A DNA stretch of 64,000 nt, taken from assembly GCA_010093705.1 (NCBI GenBank), contig MU006095.1:1219016-1283015 (forward strand), written 5' to 3'. A program made the position numbers and the translations under genes. This DNA is from Patellaria atrata CBS 101060. Its lineage: Eukaryota. Below the pieces are notes generated by a model that saw nothing but the letters and a program-made list of their open reading frames with translations, was not told where the DNA came from and did no database searches. This document shows, one piece after another, positions 36,905 to 49,963 of this stretch (position 1 is its first letter; the number at the start of each line of letters is the position of its first letter).

Positions 36905-39040
36905 ATGATGTATTCTATTCCATTATTCACGGTGCTTGCGTTTCTGTTTGGAGGTGTTGCGCAGGCGCAGTTTTTCCCTCCCGAACCCTCGGGCGTCACA
37001 ACGTTGGAATCGCAGTTTGGAGGCGGGATCACTATATCGTATAAAAATGTAAGAAGCTCAATTTCGCAATCTAAACTCAATTAGTAGCTTATGATTATAT
37101 CTGTAGCCCGGTATATGCGAGACGACAGATGGCGTCAAATCCTACGCCGGCTACGTCCACCTCCCTGCGGGAACCCTCTCTGACCTGCAAGAAGCCCAAA
37201 ACTACTCCATAAACACTTTCTTCTGGTTCTTCGAATCACGCAACGACCCAGCCAACGCTCCACTCAGTATCTGGATGAACGGCGGCCCCGGCTCCTCCTC
37301 TATGATCGGTCTCTTCCAAGAGGTCGGGCCCTGCTACGTGAACATTGATTCCAACTCGACTGTGCTGAACGAGTGGGCTTGGAATAGAGATGTCAATATG
37401 CTGTTTATCGATCAACCGAACCACGTGGGGTTTTCGTATGATGTGCCAACGAATGGAACTATGGATGTGTTAAGTGGGTCAGTTATAGAGGATGATTTTG
37501 AAGACGGCGTACCGGAAAGGGAGTGGGATTGGACGGAACTGGTAGGGACGTTTCCGAGTGGGAATCCGTTGGCTACAGCGAATGGGACGGTTACGGCGAG
37601 TCATGCTTTGTGGCATTTTGCCCAGGCGTGGTTTCAGAATTTTCCGCAGTATAAGCCGAATGATGACCGGATATCTATCTGGACAGGTAAGAAATAGGGA
37701 ATGCGATGTTGAGGGAAGTTGCTGAGTTAGTGAATGCAGAATCCTATGGCGGTCGATACGGTCCCCAGTTCACAGCCTTCTTCCAGGAGCAAAACGAGCG
37801 TATCCTCAATGGCACCTGGGACGATGTTGGTGAAAAGTACATCATCAATCTGGACACTTTGGGCATAATATGCGGTTGTATTGACTTGCTGATACAAGCG
37901 CCTGCATATCCTAAAATGGCTTTCAATAACACCTACGGTATCCAAGCGATCGACGAATCCGACTATAGCTCTGCCGTTGATGCAGTAGAATCAGAAGGTG
38001 GCTGCCTCGATCTTGTAAAAGAATGTAGGCGGCTGGCTGCCGAGGTGGATCCTGATAATAGCGGCGATGTTGATCGAGTTAATCAAGCTTGTACGGATGC
38101 TAACGATTTTTGTGCCCTATACGTCGAATCACCTTATGTGGACTATTCGGGCCTCAGCTTTTATGACATCACCCAGAATTCCACCACCCCGTTCCCACCG
38201 CCTTGGTATCAGGGCTTTCTCTCGCAACATTGGGTTCAGGGTGCGCTTGGTGTTCCGATCAACTACACCCAGTCCATTGAATCCGTTTACCGTGCATTTC
38301 AGAGTACTGGAGATTACGCCCGTGGCGGATTCCTCGAAGATCTGTCCTATATTCTCGATAGTAGAATCAAGGTCTCCCTAGTATATGGTGACCGTGATTA
38401 TGCCTGTAACTGGATTGGTGGTGAAGATGTTAGTTTGGCCGTAAACTACAGCAACTCAAGGGAGTTCCAAAACGCCGGATATGCGGATATCCAAGTCAAT
38501 GACTCTTACGTTGGTGGTCTAGTTCGTCAATATGGTAACTTCTCCTTTGCGCGTGTATTCGATGCCGGCCACGAGGTTCCCTCCTACCAACCAGAAACCG
38601 CATATGAAATTTTCCGAAGAGTAATGTTCAACAAAGACATAGCAACCGGTGAGACTGATACAATCGAAACCCCAGATTACGCCACCGAAGGTCCTTCGGA
38701 TACGTGGGGTACGACAAATAAAGCGACTGAACAACCTGAAAACATCTGCTATGTTCTGAGCCCGAATACATGTAGGGAGGATGATTTGGAAGGGATATTC
38801 TCTGAAGGAGATCCACCTTTGATCCGGGATTACATTGTGATCAATAATTATACCAGAGGTCTATTGGATGACTTTGAAGATGAGCAGTCCACAACAACGC
38901 CGTCAGGGAGTTCTGGGCCCTCCTCAACGGAAGCGGTTCCAAGCGCGACGAGTTCAGGTGCAGCTTCAGGGAACGTGCTTGTGGAAGCTTGGAGCTGGCT
39001 CACAGTGGGTGTAGTATTTGCTGGCATGACCTTGAGTTGA
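36905..39040 (+). CDS. Serine carboxypeptidase (peptidase S10, carboxypeptidase S1-like), secreted and probably GPI-anchored; two introns
   Basis: Signal peptide [59 protein letters not shown], a Ser/Thr-rich stalk and a hydrophobic C-terminal tail. Confidence 0.93.
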
Positions 39041-40594
39041 TCAAGGGGTGAAAACTGGGAAATTAAAGCATTAACGACTTTTTGAATGATATTACGTTCA
39101 ATTGACGAGGCAATATCCTTCCACTTACGCCCTAAAACTTGTGGTATAAGATTAAAGTAATATGAGCATACCTTCTATTAATAGGCGCTTACGAAGCGTG
39201 TATTTCTGCTTAAAGATTGACAAACGAAAAACAACATTCGACTAAAGAAAACACTATCTACACCAATAATCCGAGCTTGGGTTTCAGACGTGAAAACATC
39301 TAGTAGCCCCGGGTCGCGTCATAGGATGAAACAAATTAGCAGTATCCTACGGTCAACTTCACAGAAAGAGGATCCACACTCACCTAAAAAGAAAAAGAAT
39401 GAGCACCGTCCCCACCAGAGTAATCGGAATCGAATGATGCCTTCTCCCAGCACTAGTGAAAGTATTGGGATCCAACACGCCGCAATTGCACTAAAGTGTC
39501 GCACCTTTCGGCACACACAATCTCAGCGCCGGCTCCCATAAGGTACACCCATGCCTCACTCACCCGAGGGTAAGCTCAGCAAAGGGCTTCCCTTGAGTTT
39601 TCTTATGCCGAACGCAGGCGCGAAGAATACCACGCCAGGCCCTCGCAGGCGGTTGCCAGAGCCCACGTCTCTAGATAGAGAGATGAGATGGCCGTGGTTT
39701 GAGATTACTCCGAATTTCTCATTTGCAGGGAGGACAGTCTGACTGCTCAGACTGTCTGTTTGTGAGCAAAGATATGCGGCGTTGGTGGGGACGATGCTGG
39801 GGAAAAGAAAAAGAGGAATTAGAGAAGTGAGTAGAGATATATTTGAAGAAAGAGTGTGGCTTGGCGCCAATTTTTGCTCGGTTAGGCTTGCCCGTACCGT
39901 GTATTGTAACTAGAGACGGTTTCCCAATATTTACTCAATCACAGTAGAGTCAAGAACGATCACATACAGCTCAACACCTATTAATTCTCGACTTGACTAC
40001 GAGATATCCACATCGTACAGACTTGCCGACTCTGCTTTAGCATATGAAACCCAAACCCGTCCTATATCGACGGCATCCTCCAAAAGCAAACATCGACAAG
40101 AGTCGCCCTTCAGCAACAGAAAACTCCATCCACGCCAACAGACATGTACCTCAGTAATTGACCGCAATCAAACTATAGTCCCTCTCTCTCTGAAAGTTGA
40201 AGAGGAAGTTAAGATTTGCAGAGACCTGTACATTACGCCGTTTTTTCCCAGGGCTCTTAACTCGCTTGCTCAGTACTTGCTTGCTGGAATGAAAGTTAAA
40301 ATCAATACAATAAAGTGTGCTTGGGGAGTTAAAAGAAGAAGTACAAAATTCACGGAAACCTAGCGTTTGAACCAGACTATGCGTCACAAATCCGCCCAAT
40401 CGCTTTCCGATGAATGTATGCTATACAACTAGCCCGCAGAGATCTGGCTCTCAACAATATTCCGGCTCTGACGCATCGCATTTACAAATCCTGAGGACTC
40501 TGCAAGCATTGGAGCTCAATTAAGATGTAGTTATGATCGATGGTAATGGTTCCCGGATGGTTTTTCGGAGTCGATCCATGGATGTCCTAATTAC

Positions 40595-43500
40595 TCACCT
40601 GTCTTCCCTAGCTTTTCCTCTACGCCTGAAGAGATCCATGACACGCCTGGCAGCACCAGAGCTTCCGCTATGCTTCTGCTCGCTCTCGTATGCTTCGTTG
40701 AACTTTCTAGGCTTCTGAAGGACTCCTGGTCTATCCCTTCCGTGCTGCTGGATTGGAGGTGGAGTCTGGTCGTAGCTGTTGAAACCAGGAGGGTACTGTG
40801 GCCTCTGTGCCTGTTTCGGAGTTGACGCCTCGGACTCCGTGGCGTGATAGTAGTCACCATGTGTCTGTGAGGGATATTGAAGGTTACTACCGCCATATGA
40901 GTGAGAGGGAAATTCACTCTTTTGAGCGGGAGCCGAGGTTGGTGGAGCCATTGCGCCAGTTCTGGTATTAGTGTGGCCGGGACTATCACGGTGTTGATCC
41001 AATTGATGATCGTACAGAACGGGGATGCTACTGCCTGTAGTACTTTGGCTGGCAGAGCGGGCTTCGACCCTCCCAATAGCGGTGGGTTGAGAACGCGACT
41101 GGGCTCTAGCCCTTGGCTGTGCATTACTATAACGGGTGTCCGTTGAGATTGCTGTACCAGGTGGTGTTTGTTCTTTGTGCGCGCCCGTAAATGACTTCAT
41201 GGAAAATGAAGCGGGTAGAAGAGAGAACCTCTTGGATGACCTTTCTTTGCTAGGGGCATCGCTGTTCTTGCGACTAAATCCAAAGGACCGGCGCGAAGAA
41301 TCCATAGATGGCCTCGAAGAAGGTTGATCAATTGTTATTGGCCCAGGCATGCTGGTCGGAGGGTATGACTTCTGTGGCTTTTCCGGACGGCCTTGATCTG
41401 TCGAAGGTCTGCCGCCCGACATTAGACCACCAAAGAGCTTCTCAGTAATACCACTGGCGGTGTTAGATCTCCTATGGCTGCGACCGTTGTTCTCAGCTGG
41501 ATCTTGTGCGCCGTGACCGTAGGATGAAGTTTGATATCCATTGTTCGCTCCGTACGTGTTTTCATGGGGCATGTCTTGCTGTTGGATAGGTGCTGAGATG
41601 ACATAATGCTTGCCCTTGGTTTGCGGTTGTGAGAAGCGACCTTGGGCATTAGTTGCTGCCACGGTAGCTACAGCTGGTTGACCGTAAGAGTTTCCGCGTG
41701 ATGGTAACCTTGAACCACTAATCGTACCTCCAGTAGATGGTCTGGCTCCTGAAGTCGGCGGAGTATTATCGAGCAAACGATTGTCTGACATAGAACGTGG
41801 AGGATACCTAGTCTCGCGAGCTGCGGTCTGAGGATTTCGGTGGGCGGAAGAAGCTCGTGGTTGAGGTCGAGTGGCTCCAGATGCCCCATAACCATCTGTA
41901 GGTGGGATATCAACTGGGCCTTGATTCTCAGCACGAGCTCGAGTCCTCGGAGTTCCAATTTGCGGCGCTGGAGCACTTGTTTCCACGCCAGGAGGTGACA
42001 CTTCTCCTCGCTGGGTCTGTGAACGTGGTTCAACATACTCTACCTGAACTGTTCGTCTCTTGGCGTCATGATTACGCCTTGATGCTTCTGCTTGACTTGC
42101 TTGGTCAATATGACCATGCTTCTGTGATAATCCTCCGACCGGCGCAACGGTAGTCGTAGGCTTTCCAGGCTCCCTAACTGAAGCACTCCTGGCGAGTAGA
42201 GGCGTATCATCATTGACATCTTCCGCCGGAATTGTTGTATTCTTGATATCTGCTTCGGTGGAAGCACTGCTTGTAATGAACCCAACCACGTGTGCATATT
42301 CGCTTAACCAACTATGTCGGGCAACCTCGAACAGATCAGCCCGTTTCCGTGGATCAGGGACAAGAATGCGGCGCAGGAGATCGCGTGCATGCGGTGTAAC
42401 GTATTCGGGGAATGTTAAGGGCGTCGATACGATGTACTTATACAGAAGATTGATATTGTCGCCTTCAGGATTGGCGGGGTCGTCGTCAAAAGGAAGATAT
42501 CCTGCAAGCATGGCATACTATTGAGGGATATGTCAGTGTTGATTCTCAACTAAGATGACTTTTACTAACCAGGATGACACCACAACTCCAAACATCCACC
42601 TTCCTTCCAGTGTACAGAGAGTCGCTCACAACAAGCTCTGGTGCTGCGTAACACGGACTTCCGCAGCTAGTTTGCATGAGATCACCTCTCCTTACTCCGT
42701 TTCGTAATTCTTCTAGACCCATCTTTTTAACAAACTCCCTGTTTGAAAGATTGTATTCAATCTCCTCTGTAAGCTCATCGCTCGCGTCAAAGGTGTTGGC
42801 AAAACCAAAATCAGTGATGATGATGTTCTTGTTCCTGTCCAGGAGCAGATTCTCCAGCTTAAGATCACGGTGTACAATGCCCTTCTTGTGTAGATAGCCA
42901 ACTCCGGAGACCAGCTGGGCAAATAGACGGCGAGCTGCCTGGTCCTTGAGATATCGATGATGTAGAATGTAGTCGAATAATTCTCCCCCAGAAGCATATT
43001 CAAGAATGATTCCAATGTGCCTCTCTGTTTCTACCATTTCATGGAGCTTAACAATGTTAGGATGTTCCAGTTGACGTAAAATGTTAATCTCGCGGTAGAT
43101 CTTTGGGAGGCGTTGCGGGTTTGAGCCAAGTGTCTCACGTCGGATGAGCTTTATAGCAACCTCAACAGGGCTGTCTTTCTTCCAGCCCATTTTCACTTTT
43201 CCGAACTCGCCTTCACCAAGAGTCTGGCCCAGAATATACTCCCCGAATCTTGTTTCTTTCCTCCTTTCGCTCTTGGAGTGGTCTTGTCGGGTTCTAGGAG
43301 CACCTCGGCCACCATCGTCAACACCTTCGCTACCAACGAGACTAAGACCTGTTCGTGGGGTAATGTCTGCTCCCGTGGGATGACCAGGTTTTGATTCTGC
43401 AACTCTGGCCTGCTCTCGAGCAATGTCTGTAGCTGGATCATCAACCACTACTCTGTTGATGATCGTACTGTTCTCTCGTGGCAAGTCGGATCCTGTGGAA

Positions 43501-44102
43501 CCAACAGCAGTAGCTGACGTACTATGAACCGGGGTTGGACGCGCTCTGTTTGAGCTGCTGCTACTTTGTTGATGTGGGCTATCTCTAGGAGATTGCTGGG
43601 TACGACGTCTTGATTGACCTGTATCATCCCTCACATAATCTCTTTCGGAGCTATGATGAGATGAGCCCATTCTGTCATCTACTCTGCTACCAGTACTTGA
43701 CTCCGTATTTGCGTAACTGCGGTTATGAGATGAAGTACGAGGTGGTGGAGCTATCGGCGGACCGGAGGTGAGATAAGGTGACGTGATCGTGGGAGATACG
43801 AGGGGTGACGCGTGCGTGGACGGCGATAGAGGTTGATTGCGAGGTGTAGTCATATTGGAACCCGTCAAATCCGCGGATGAGTTGTGTTGTTGTTGTTGTT
43901 GATGAGGTGTGGAGGGTGTTATGTTTGGTGAAGACCCATTTCCACTCGGACGCTTGGACGGTCTCCTAGACGACGAAGGTGACGATGTTGCGTTTTGTGA
44001 AGACTGCGCGTAATATTGTTCGCGACTTTGTTGTGCGTGCTGTTGGTACTGGCGAGCGGGTATTGCTGATGTTGAGCTGGCTTGCACTGCTGCCGAAGAC
44101 AT
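40595..44102 (-). CDS. KIN4: Ser/Thr protein kinase, Kin4/Frk1/Ppk1-like (CAMK group); one intron
   Basis: GEGEFGKVK, VAIK, HRDLKLEN, DFGFAN with insert, TSCGSPCYAAPE, GYLPFDDDPANPEGDNINLLYKYI, and C-terminal SGAARRVMDLFRRR. Confidence 0.88.
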
Positions 44103-45837
44103 TTCCTCTCCTATCGGTCAGAGGCGCGGCAAGACCACAAGGCTCTCAATGAGAGCGGACGGAAGGGTACGTCGCGCGCAATGAGCAGGTAAGGAGGTTA
44201 ACAGGTACAATAGATCAAGTCAGGTATCGCAAATTCAATTGTCAACCAGAATGGTTTATGGTTGTTGGCAATGATGGTTAAGGTACGGGGTGATGAGGGC
44301 TCGCGCTTCCAGTTGCTGCCGTAGTCCAAGGTCCTTCACATGCGGTCAGGGCGTTTCCTTTCGCGGCTTGACAAAACAGACCGCTCCGACATTCAATACC
44401 TGCAATGCTGCACAATGTTGAATTTCGGACCGCGATCAACGTTCAAAAGGCGAATAAAAGGTGATAACAGACAGTACAGTAACGAGGGAGTTTAAGATGG
44501 TGAGAAGAGTGAGATGGATGGAGTATTGGAGTATACCTTACCGTATCAGGTTCGTAGGAAGCCCTTTAGGAGGTGAGCTGGTTGCGCCTTCGTTTGGGAG
44601 ATTGCAGGCATCCACAGAAAGCCACAAGAAGCCGATACAGACTACAGAGAAGAGAGAATACTGAAATAATGAATTAGAAGAGAAGACTTCATCAAGAGAC
44701 TACAAACTCCTTTCTTCCATCATCGAACACTCTGTTCTGAACAGAGACATTCTGAATCAGACCACCGTCACCGAGTCACTAGAGTTCCAACTTGCATACT
44801 TTCTGCAACCTCTTCCTCTTAACCTCTTCCTCCAATAGCAGTCATTTATCTCATCATTGACTCCAGTAACCCGTGTTTTGACTCCCAGGAAACTAATAAC
44901 TCACTCATAATCAGTAATGATGGCCTCTGCGCTAGTTCCAAAGTCATCAATTGGAGATGTGGCTCATCATCACCTCAGTCCAAGTTCCGATAACCTCGCA
45001 CCAAGTGTTGCCAACGCACGTCCTCCGGTCGTCCTTGAATTCCATATCGAGGATTCCTCGAGGCTGAACGGAGACTTAAGTTCCAGGATCTGGTAATAAG
45101 ATCTGTTTCGAATTCCCCTCGTTCCCCCTAAAACTTCTGTACGCGAACCAGGGATGCTAAAACAACTGACGTTCATGGTTTTACCTTCCTCTGCCGGCTT
45201 TTGCGAACCGCGACTTGCGCCGTTCACTGATAGATATGCCAGGACCACAGCAACACTAATATGAGAAGATCTGGAATTATTCTGACAAGTCAAATGTCAT
45301 GAACTGGTTCTCCTGAGAGGGAAGATTCGACCACTAAACACCAATTGATAAACACCCACTACATCCAGCTTCGAGAATCACAGCGTTGCCCTATCCTTCA
45401 ATAGACGCGGTTCCGCTCGACCCCTTTCGGCCTCAGCTGCCTTCCTAAGTATCACGAGAAGTCAGACAAACCCGGTAGTCAGGCCGACAGCGTGCTCAGG
45501 TACCGGGTCAAGAGGGTATGCACCTCAAGATATTATATTAAGGAGATTGCATATGAAAAAGCACGTTCATCAGTCGGTCCATGATGCTTTAACTTAACGG
45601 AGATGGGGCTTACCGTGCTAGTCTGATATCGGTAGATGTTTCTGGGCGTGGGCTGCAGCCGATGACTTGCATAACTGCGCCAGACAGATCTTCACGTCTG
45701 CAGCTCAAGGAATCTATCACACGTCAAACTCAACTTCTTCTTCCATCAAAGATCATGGCAAGTTTGTTATTCTCCAGTCATATCAATCATATCAAGAACC
45801 TCGAGATCGTCTAAGCATTATCTACTCTACATCTGGG

Positions 45838-45867
45838 CTTCTTCTTCTTCTTCTTCTTCTTCTTCTT
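45838..45867. repeat. (CTT)10 microsatellite
   Basis: Perfect trinucleotide run. Confidence 0.95.
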
Positions 45868-46550
45868 CTATCCTTTCAGTCAATCCATCAAATGTCTCGT
45901 CTTGAGTGTAGTCGTCACATATAATTCAAATATTGGACATGCATTCCCAGTCTTTGGGGTTTCCCTCAATTGCGTCTTTCAAATTTTGATTTTGAATTCT
46001 GAGATCTCATCGTCTTTTCTTTTTTCAGCCTAAAATATCTCGTTTCTGAATGTGGAACACTCGACGTCACATCCGGTGCTTCTGATGCACTAAAACTCTT
46101 GCTGGAACCTCACGAGAATACAAGTCTAAGCGCGTTTCGTAAGTTATTACCAAGGAGAGGATTAACATCCCAAAGTTCGGTTGAAGCTTCTTCTGTGTGC
46201 AGCATAGACATCGTGGAGAAGCGTAACCGGACTGCAAGCCAGAGCGAACCGTACTTGGATTCTACATCCCATCTCATAAGAGATAATGGATTGCCAAATA
46301 ATGGTTGTATGCTCCCATGTGACTTATACCATATACCTATTTCCGTATATTCCAGGGAGAAAAGCTCTTCAATACAAGCATACGAGGATGTAGGGATTGC
46401 CTGAGCCCATAAGGATGGAAAGGATACTTATTTCAATACGCGCTTTATACATCGTAAGGTAAGAGCAAAATAATTATATCTACAAGGAACTCAGCGACAT
46501 TACAACCAACGTAATCTCCTATACTAAGTTCTAAGCCCGAACAACACTGA

Positions 46551-47336
46551 TTAATCTCTCCTCTCAAACCACCTCTCTAATCCTCTTTCTCTCGCCCTTT
46601 GTACAACCCAGTCTGGATACACCCCAGTTCTCAGCATCTCCGCATGTTCCTCCCCAGACATATCAAACTCCAACATAAATACCTCTAAAGGCATATCATC
46701 CTCTCCATCCATAACAAAATCCAGCTGCAAATCTACATCCATGTCCCTGTCATTCGCCCCATCTACACCCCTCCAACTACCATCAGCCGGTTCAAACATA
46801 TACACATCCCCCTCCCCCATCTCTCCCACATCAGGAAACATCTCCCCTCCACCTCGTTCCCATTCCTCCCTCCTTCCGATTCCATTCGTCAACACCACCC
46901 CATACAGATCTTGCTCACATTCACTCTCCCCCTCCGCATCAACCTCACTATCCATAAAGCCTCCAAACCCCTCCATTCCCATCTCTATATCTGGAGGCCT
47001 ATAATCCCACCCCAACCGCATCGGCGTTTCCCCCGCCATCCACGTCCTCAGATCCGGCATCTCGCCCATCACGCTATCTGGGGACACCGCGGCCGACCGC
47101 ACGAACGAAGGCGGCGTGACGATCTCCGGCGCCGGCGACCGTCTGTCCCGCGGCGTCGAAACCGTCCGCATGATCGTCCGCCAGCCCCCGTCGTAGATGT
47201 AGGGGTACGGGTACGGGGCCGAGCGGGCGCGGCGGCGCATGCGGTACTCGTGTGGGGTTGGAGGGATTATTGGCGGCCCTGAGGGGCTGGAGAGCCAAGG
47301 GTGGTCTGGGAATTGGACTGTGGTGTAGTTTTCCAT
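46551..47336 (-). CDS. Hypothetical protein, 261 aa (Pro/Arg-rich N-terminus, very acidic Met/Asp/Glu-rich C-terminus)
   Basis: Uninterrupted ORF with CAATGG start context and the same C-rich 5' / G-rich 3' gradient seen in neighbouring real genes. No recognisable domain. Confidence 0.55.
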   Translation of the reverse strand: MENYTTVQFPDHPWLSSPSGPPIIPPTPHEYRMRRRARSAPYPYPYIYDGGWRTIMRTVSTPRDRRSPAPEIVTPPSFVRSAAVSPDSVMGEMPDLRTWMAGETPMRLGWDYRPPDIEMGMEGFGGFMDSEVDAEGESECEQDLYGVVLTNGIGRREEWERGGGEMFPDVGEMGEGDVYMFEPADGSWRGVDGANDRDMDVDLQLDFVMDGEDDMPLEVFMLEFDMSGEEHAEMLRTGVYPDWVVQRARERGLERWFERRD

Positions 47337-47932
47337 TGGGGTTTGATTGGTGGTGGGTTAAGCAGGTGAAGTAGGACGCTTTCGTACGGGCTATACGGTA
47401 TTTGTACGTCGGTGGTCGAGGGGTGGGGATATGTTAGTTATGATATTGGGACGAGTGCTGAGGTGGATGTCGAACGGCGGTGTTTGCGTACGAGGTGGCG
47501 ATTTTGAGATCGCGGAACATGTTTTTCTGCCTTGTTTGCTCGTTGCCAGCGGTGGTGTGAAGTGGTGATATACGCTTTTTTTTTTTTTGGCGGAAATTCG
47601 CTGTACATGGTTATGGGTAGATGACGCGAGATCTGTACAAGTCGGGTGCTGGTTCTTGGTCGTAAGTGCGTATATCCTGTCTAGCTCGATGACTGGTCTA
47701 GTAGATATGGATAGTACCGTAGCTTATCGTGGGATCTCGTGCTATCTTTGCATGCGCATCAGCTCAGGAATTCTCATTTGTTTGAGTAGTATGTTCGAGC
47801 CACTGATTTTGACTACCGGTCTGGATCACCAAGATTTTACGCATACCCCGGGAATAAAGATGAGTAAATTGACTTTGAATATTTGAATGATTATGAAGTG
47901 ACTCCCATCGGAGCTTTGGGTATCAAGAATAA

Positions 47933-49693
47933 TTATAGAAATCCTATAAGTGTTTCTAACATATCACTCAACATCTGTTCCTCCTCTGTTTTCTCACCTT
48001 CAAACCCATGAAGTTGCTCCTGTACCGTTACCTTTATATCTTTGAGTGACTCGTCACGCTCAGCAAGCAGCGACATGATCCTTTCTCTAGCCCCTCCGTC
48101 TTCAGCCACAAGCCATGCTAGGATTACGTCGATAGTCTGCAGGCAGAATAATCCCGCGTCCAATCGTTGTGAAAACCAGACATCTGCCATGGAAGCCTTT
48201 TGCTCTGCATCTAGATTTGCTCGTTCGCGGCTGATCTGCTGGTCAACGGCAGCAATACGGTTCATATAGTCTCTCCGTAGTTTTATGACCTTCCCAATCT
48301 TTTCGTAATCTTTCTCCATGAACTTTGCAAGCGTCCTGATCCGCGGTGCCGAGTCGCCGGGTAACAAACGCAGAAGAGAGCCGAATATCCCCAAGAGGTG
48401 TTCTGTAACGAAATTATCTTGTTTCTTCATAAACATGCTAAAGAGAGTTTTCAATCCAGCAGCGTCAACGATTTTCTCGCAAACTTCTGCGCCGTGCTGA
48501 CCTCCTGCGGCATGATCTAAGAGACGCAAAGCTCTTGATTTACTCCATTTTGCTTCTCGCAGCATGATGAGAGCTAGCTCAACACCTTCTGCTTCCACAA
48601 ATTTTGACTTTCCACTAGACTCGTCTACCAAGCATGTGAGGGAATCGAACAAATTCTCTGCGAATTCTTCCTCTGCGCTGTCCTTTTCAGGGTCCCGTTT
48701 TCGGTAGGAGCTGAGAAGTTGTAGAAGAATATCAACTGCGTCAAGTTCAAGTATTCGTTGTCGGTTAGGAGAGGATGATTGGAGAAAAATTGCGAGCACT
48801 TCAGCAGCGTATTGCTTGTTTTGCCCAACAGGAGTTTCCTTGAGTTTCGTCCGGTCAAGTAACCATTTTAATACATTACTTTCCTTTACAATCTTTTCCG
48901 ATATCCGCGTTTGTGATCCAAGGTTTTCCAAGATAGAGATAGAATTATAGACTCCACTGCGGTCTTCCTCAATGCTCTCGTCTAACCGTTCGAAATTCTG
49001 CAGCAATAGACTCATGAGGTCGGCTTCCAGCATTACATCCACTATCGAATCCCATTGCTCTTGTTCAGCTTCCACATCCTCATCAGTCAACTCGCTTATT
49101 ATACCAATGGCTGCAATTGCGATATCCGTATTTTCATGCGCCAACAGGGAGACTAGGGAACCGGCAGAACCCAGTTCGGCAAACTCTTTATAGAGTTCTG
49201 GGTGCTCTGAAAGTATAGATAAAGTTTTGATGTCCGCATCCAAATCCCCTTCTGAGTCCATAAACTTCTCTGGCTGTGTCTCATATTTCGCTCGCAATTC
49301 CGCATTTTTGGTGATCTTCTTCTCGAAGTTCAGCGCGGTCTTCCGCAGCCACGCGGACTCAATCTTCTCGTCTGCGTACGGTTCGGATTCCTTCGAATCA
49401 AGAAAGTCCAAAGCAGCAACCGTGCCCTTATCCACGCCGCTGCCGAAGAACCGACCTTCCTCATCTTCATCCGGGCCAAAGTCCTCCTCATCATCTGGTG
49501 GTAGGGCTGGCCCAGCTTCTTGGTCATCGTCGTCTACCTCATCCTGCACTGTAGCCTTTCCCTTTCCTTTCGTGTCACCGTTTAAGCTGAGTTTCACGGA
49601 CTTGTATACTTTGTCTGGGTCGACGAGGGGTTCGAATTTCCGTTTGTGACTTGGGAGATTTGGTTTCTTGAATAGGTCGTCAATACTTGTCAT
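47933..49693 (-). CDS. CTNNBL1: Beta-catenin-like protein 1 (CTNNBL1/DUF1716), armadillo-type spliceosome-associated protein
   Basis: NAELRAKY...PEKFMDSEGDLD, LLAHENTDIA, NKQYAAEVLAI, YRKRDP, RLDAGLFCLQ. Confidence 0.92.
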   Translation of the reverse strand: MTSIDDLFKKPNLPSHKRKFEPLVDPDKVYKSVKLSLNGDTKGKGKATVQDEVDDDDQEAGPALPPDDEEDFGPDEDEEGRFFGSGVDKGTVAALDFLDSKESEPYADEKIESAWLRKTALNFEKKITKNAELRAKYETQPEKFMDSEGDLDADIKTLSILSEHPELYKEFAELGSAGSLVSLLAHENTDIAIAAIGIISELTDEDVEAEQEQWDSIVDVMLEADLMSLLLQNFERLDESIEEDRSGVYNSISILENLGSQTRISEKIVKESNVLKWLLDRTKLKETPVGQNKQYAAEVLAIFLQSSSPNRQRILELDAVDILLQLLSSYRKRDPEKDSAEEEFAENLFDSLTCLVDESSGKSKFVEAEGVELALIMLREAKWSKSRALRLLDHAAGGQHGAEVCEKIVDAAGLKTLFSMFMKKQDNFVTEHLLGIFGSLLRLLPGDSAPRIRTLAKFMEKDYEKIGKVIKLRRDYMNRIAAVDQQISRERANLDAEQKASMADVWFSQRLDAGLFCLQTIDVILAWLVAEDGGARERIMSLLAERDESLKDIKVTVQEQLHGFEGEKTEEEQMLSDMLETLIGFL

Positions 49694-49963
49694 CTTCTCT
49701 AATGCGCTGAAAGAGATACGATTATTAAGGTCCTAGTTATGGGTAATGCGTTGGAAAGTATAAATTGTGGGCTAAAATCGTCAACGTTGGGTTGAAGTAG
49801 GAAACTGCCGATGATCATCCGCCGCAGACTAGTTCTACGCGTCGCGTCTCCCAGTGATTGAGCATTCACCTGTTGAGGGATAGGTAGGGGTTTTAAGAAG
49901 TAGTTGTAGGTCTCAATAAACAAAGTACATAACTTTTCGGGCAAACAATATACAACACTTAAC

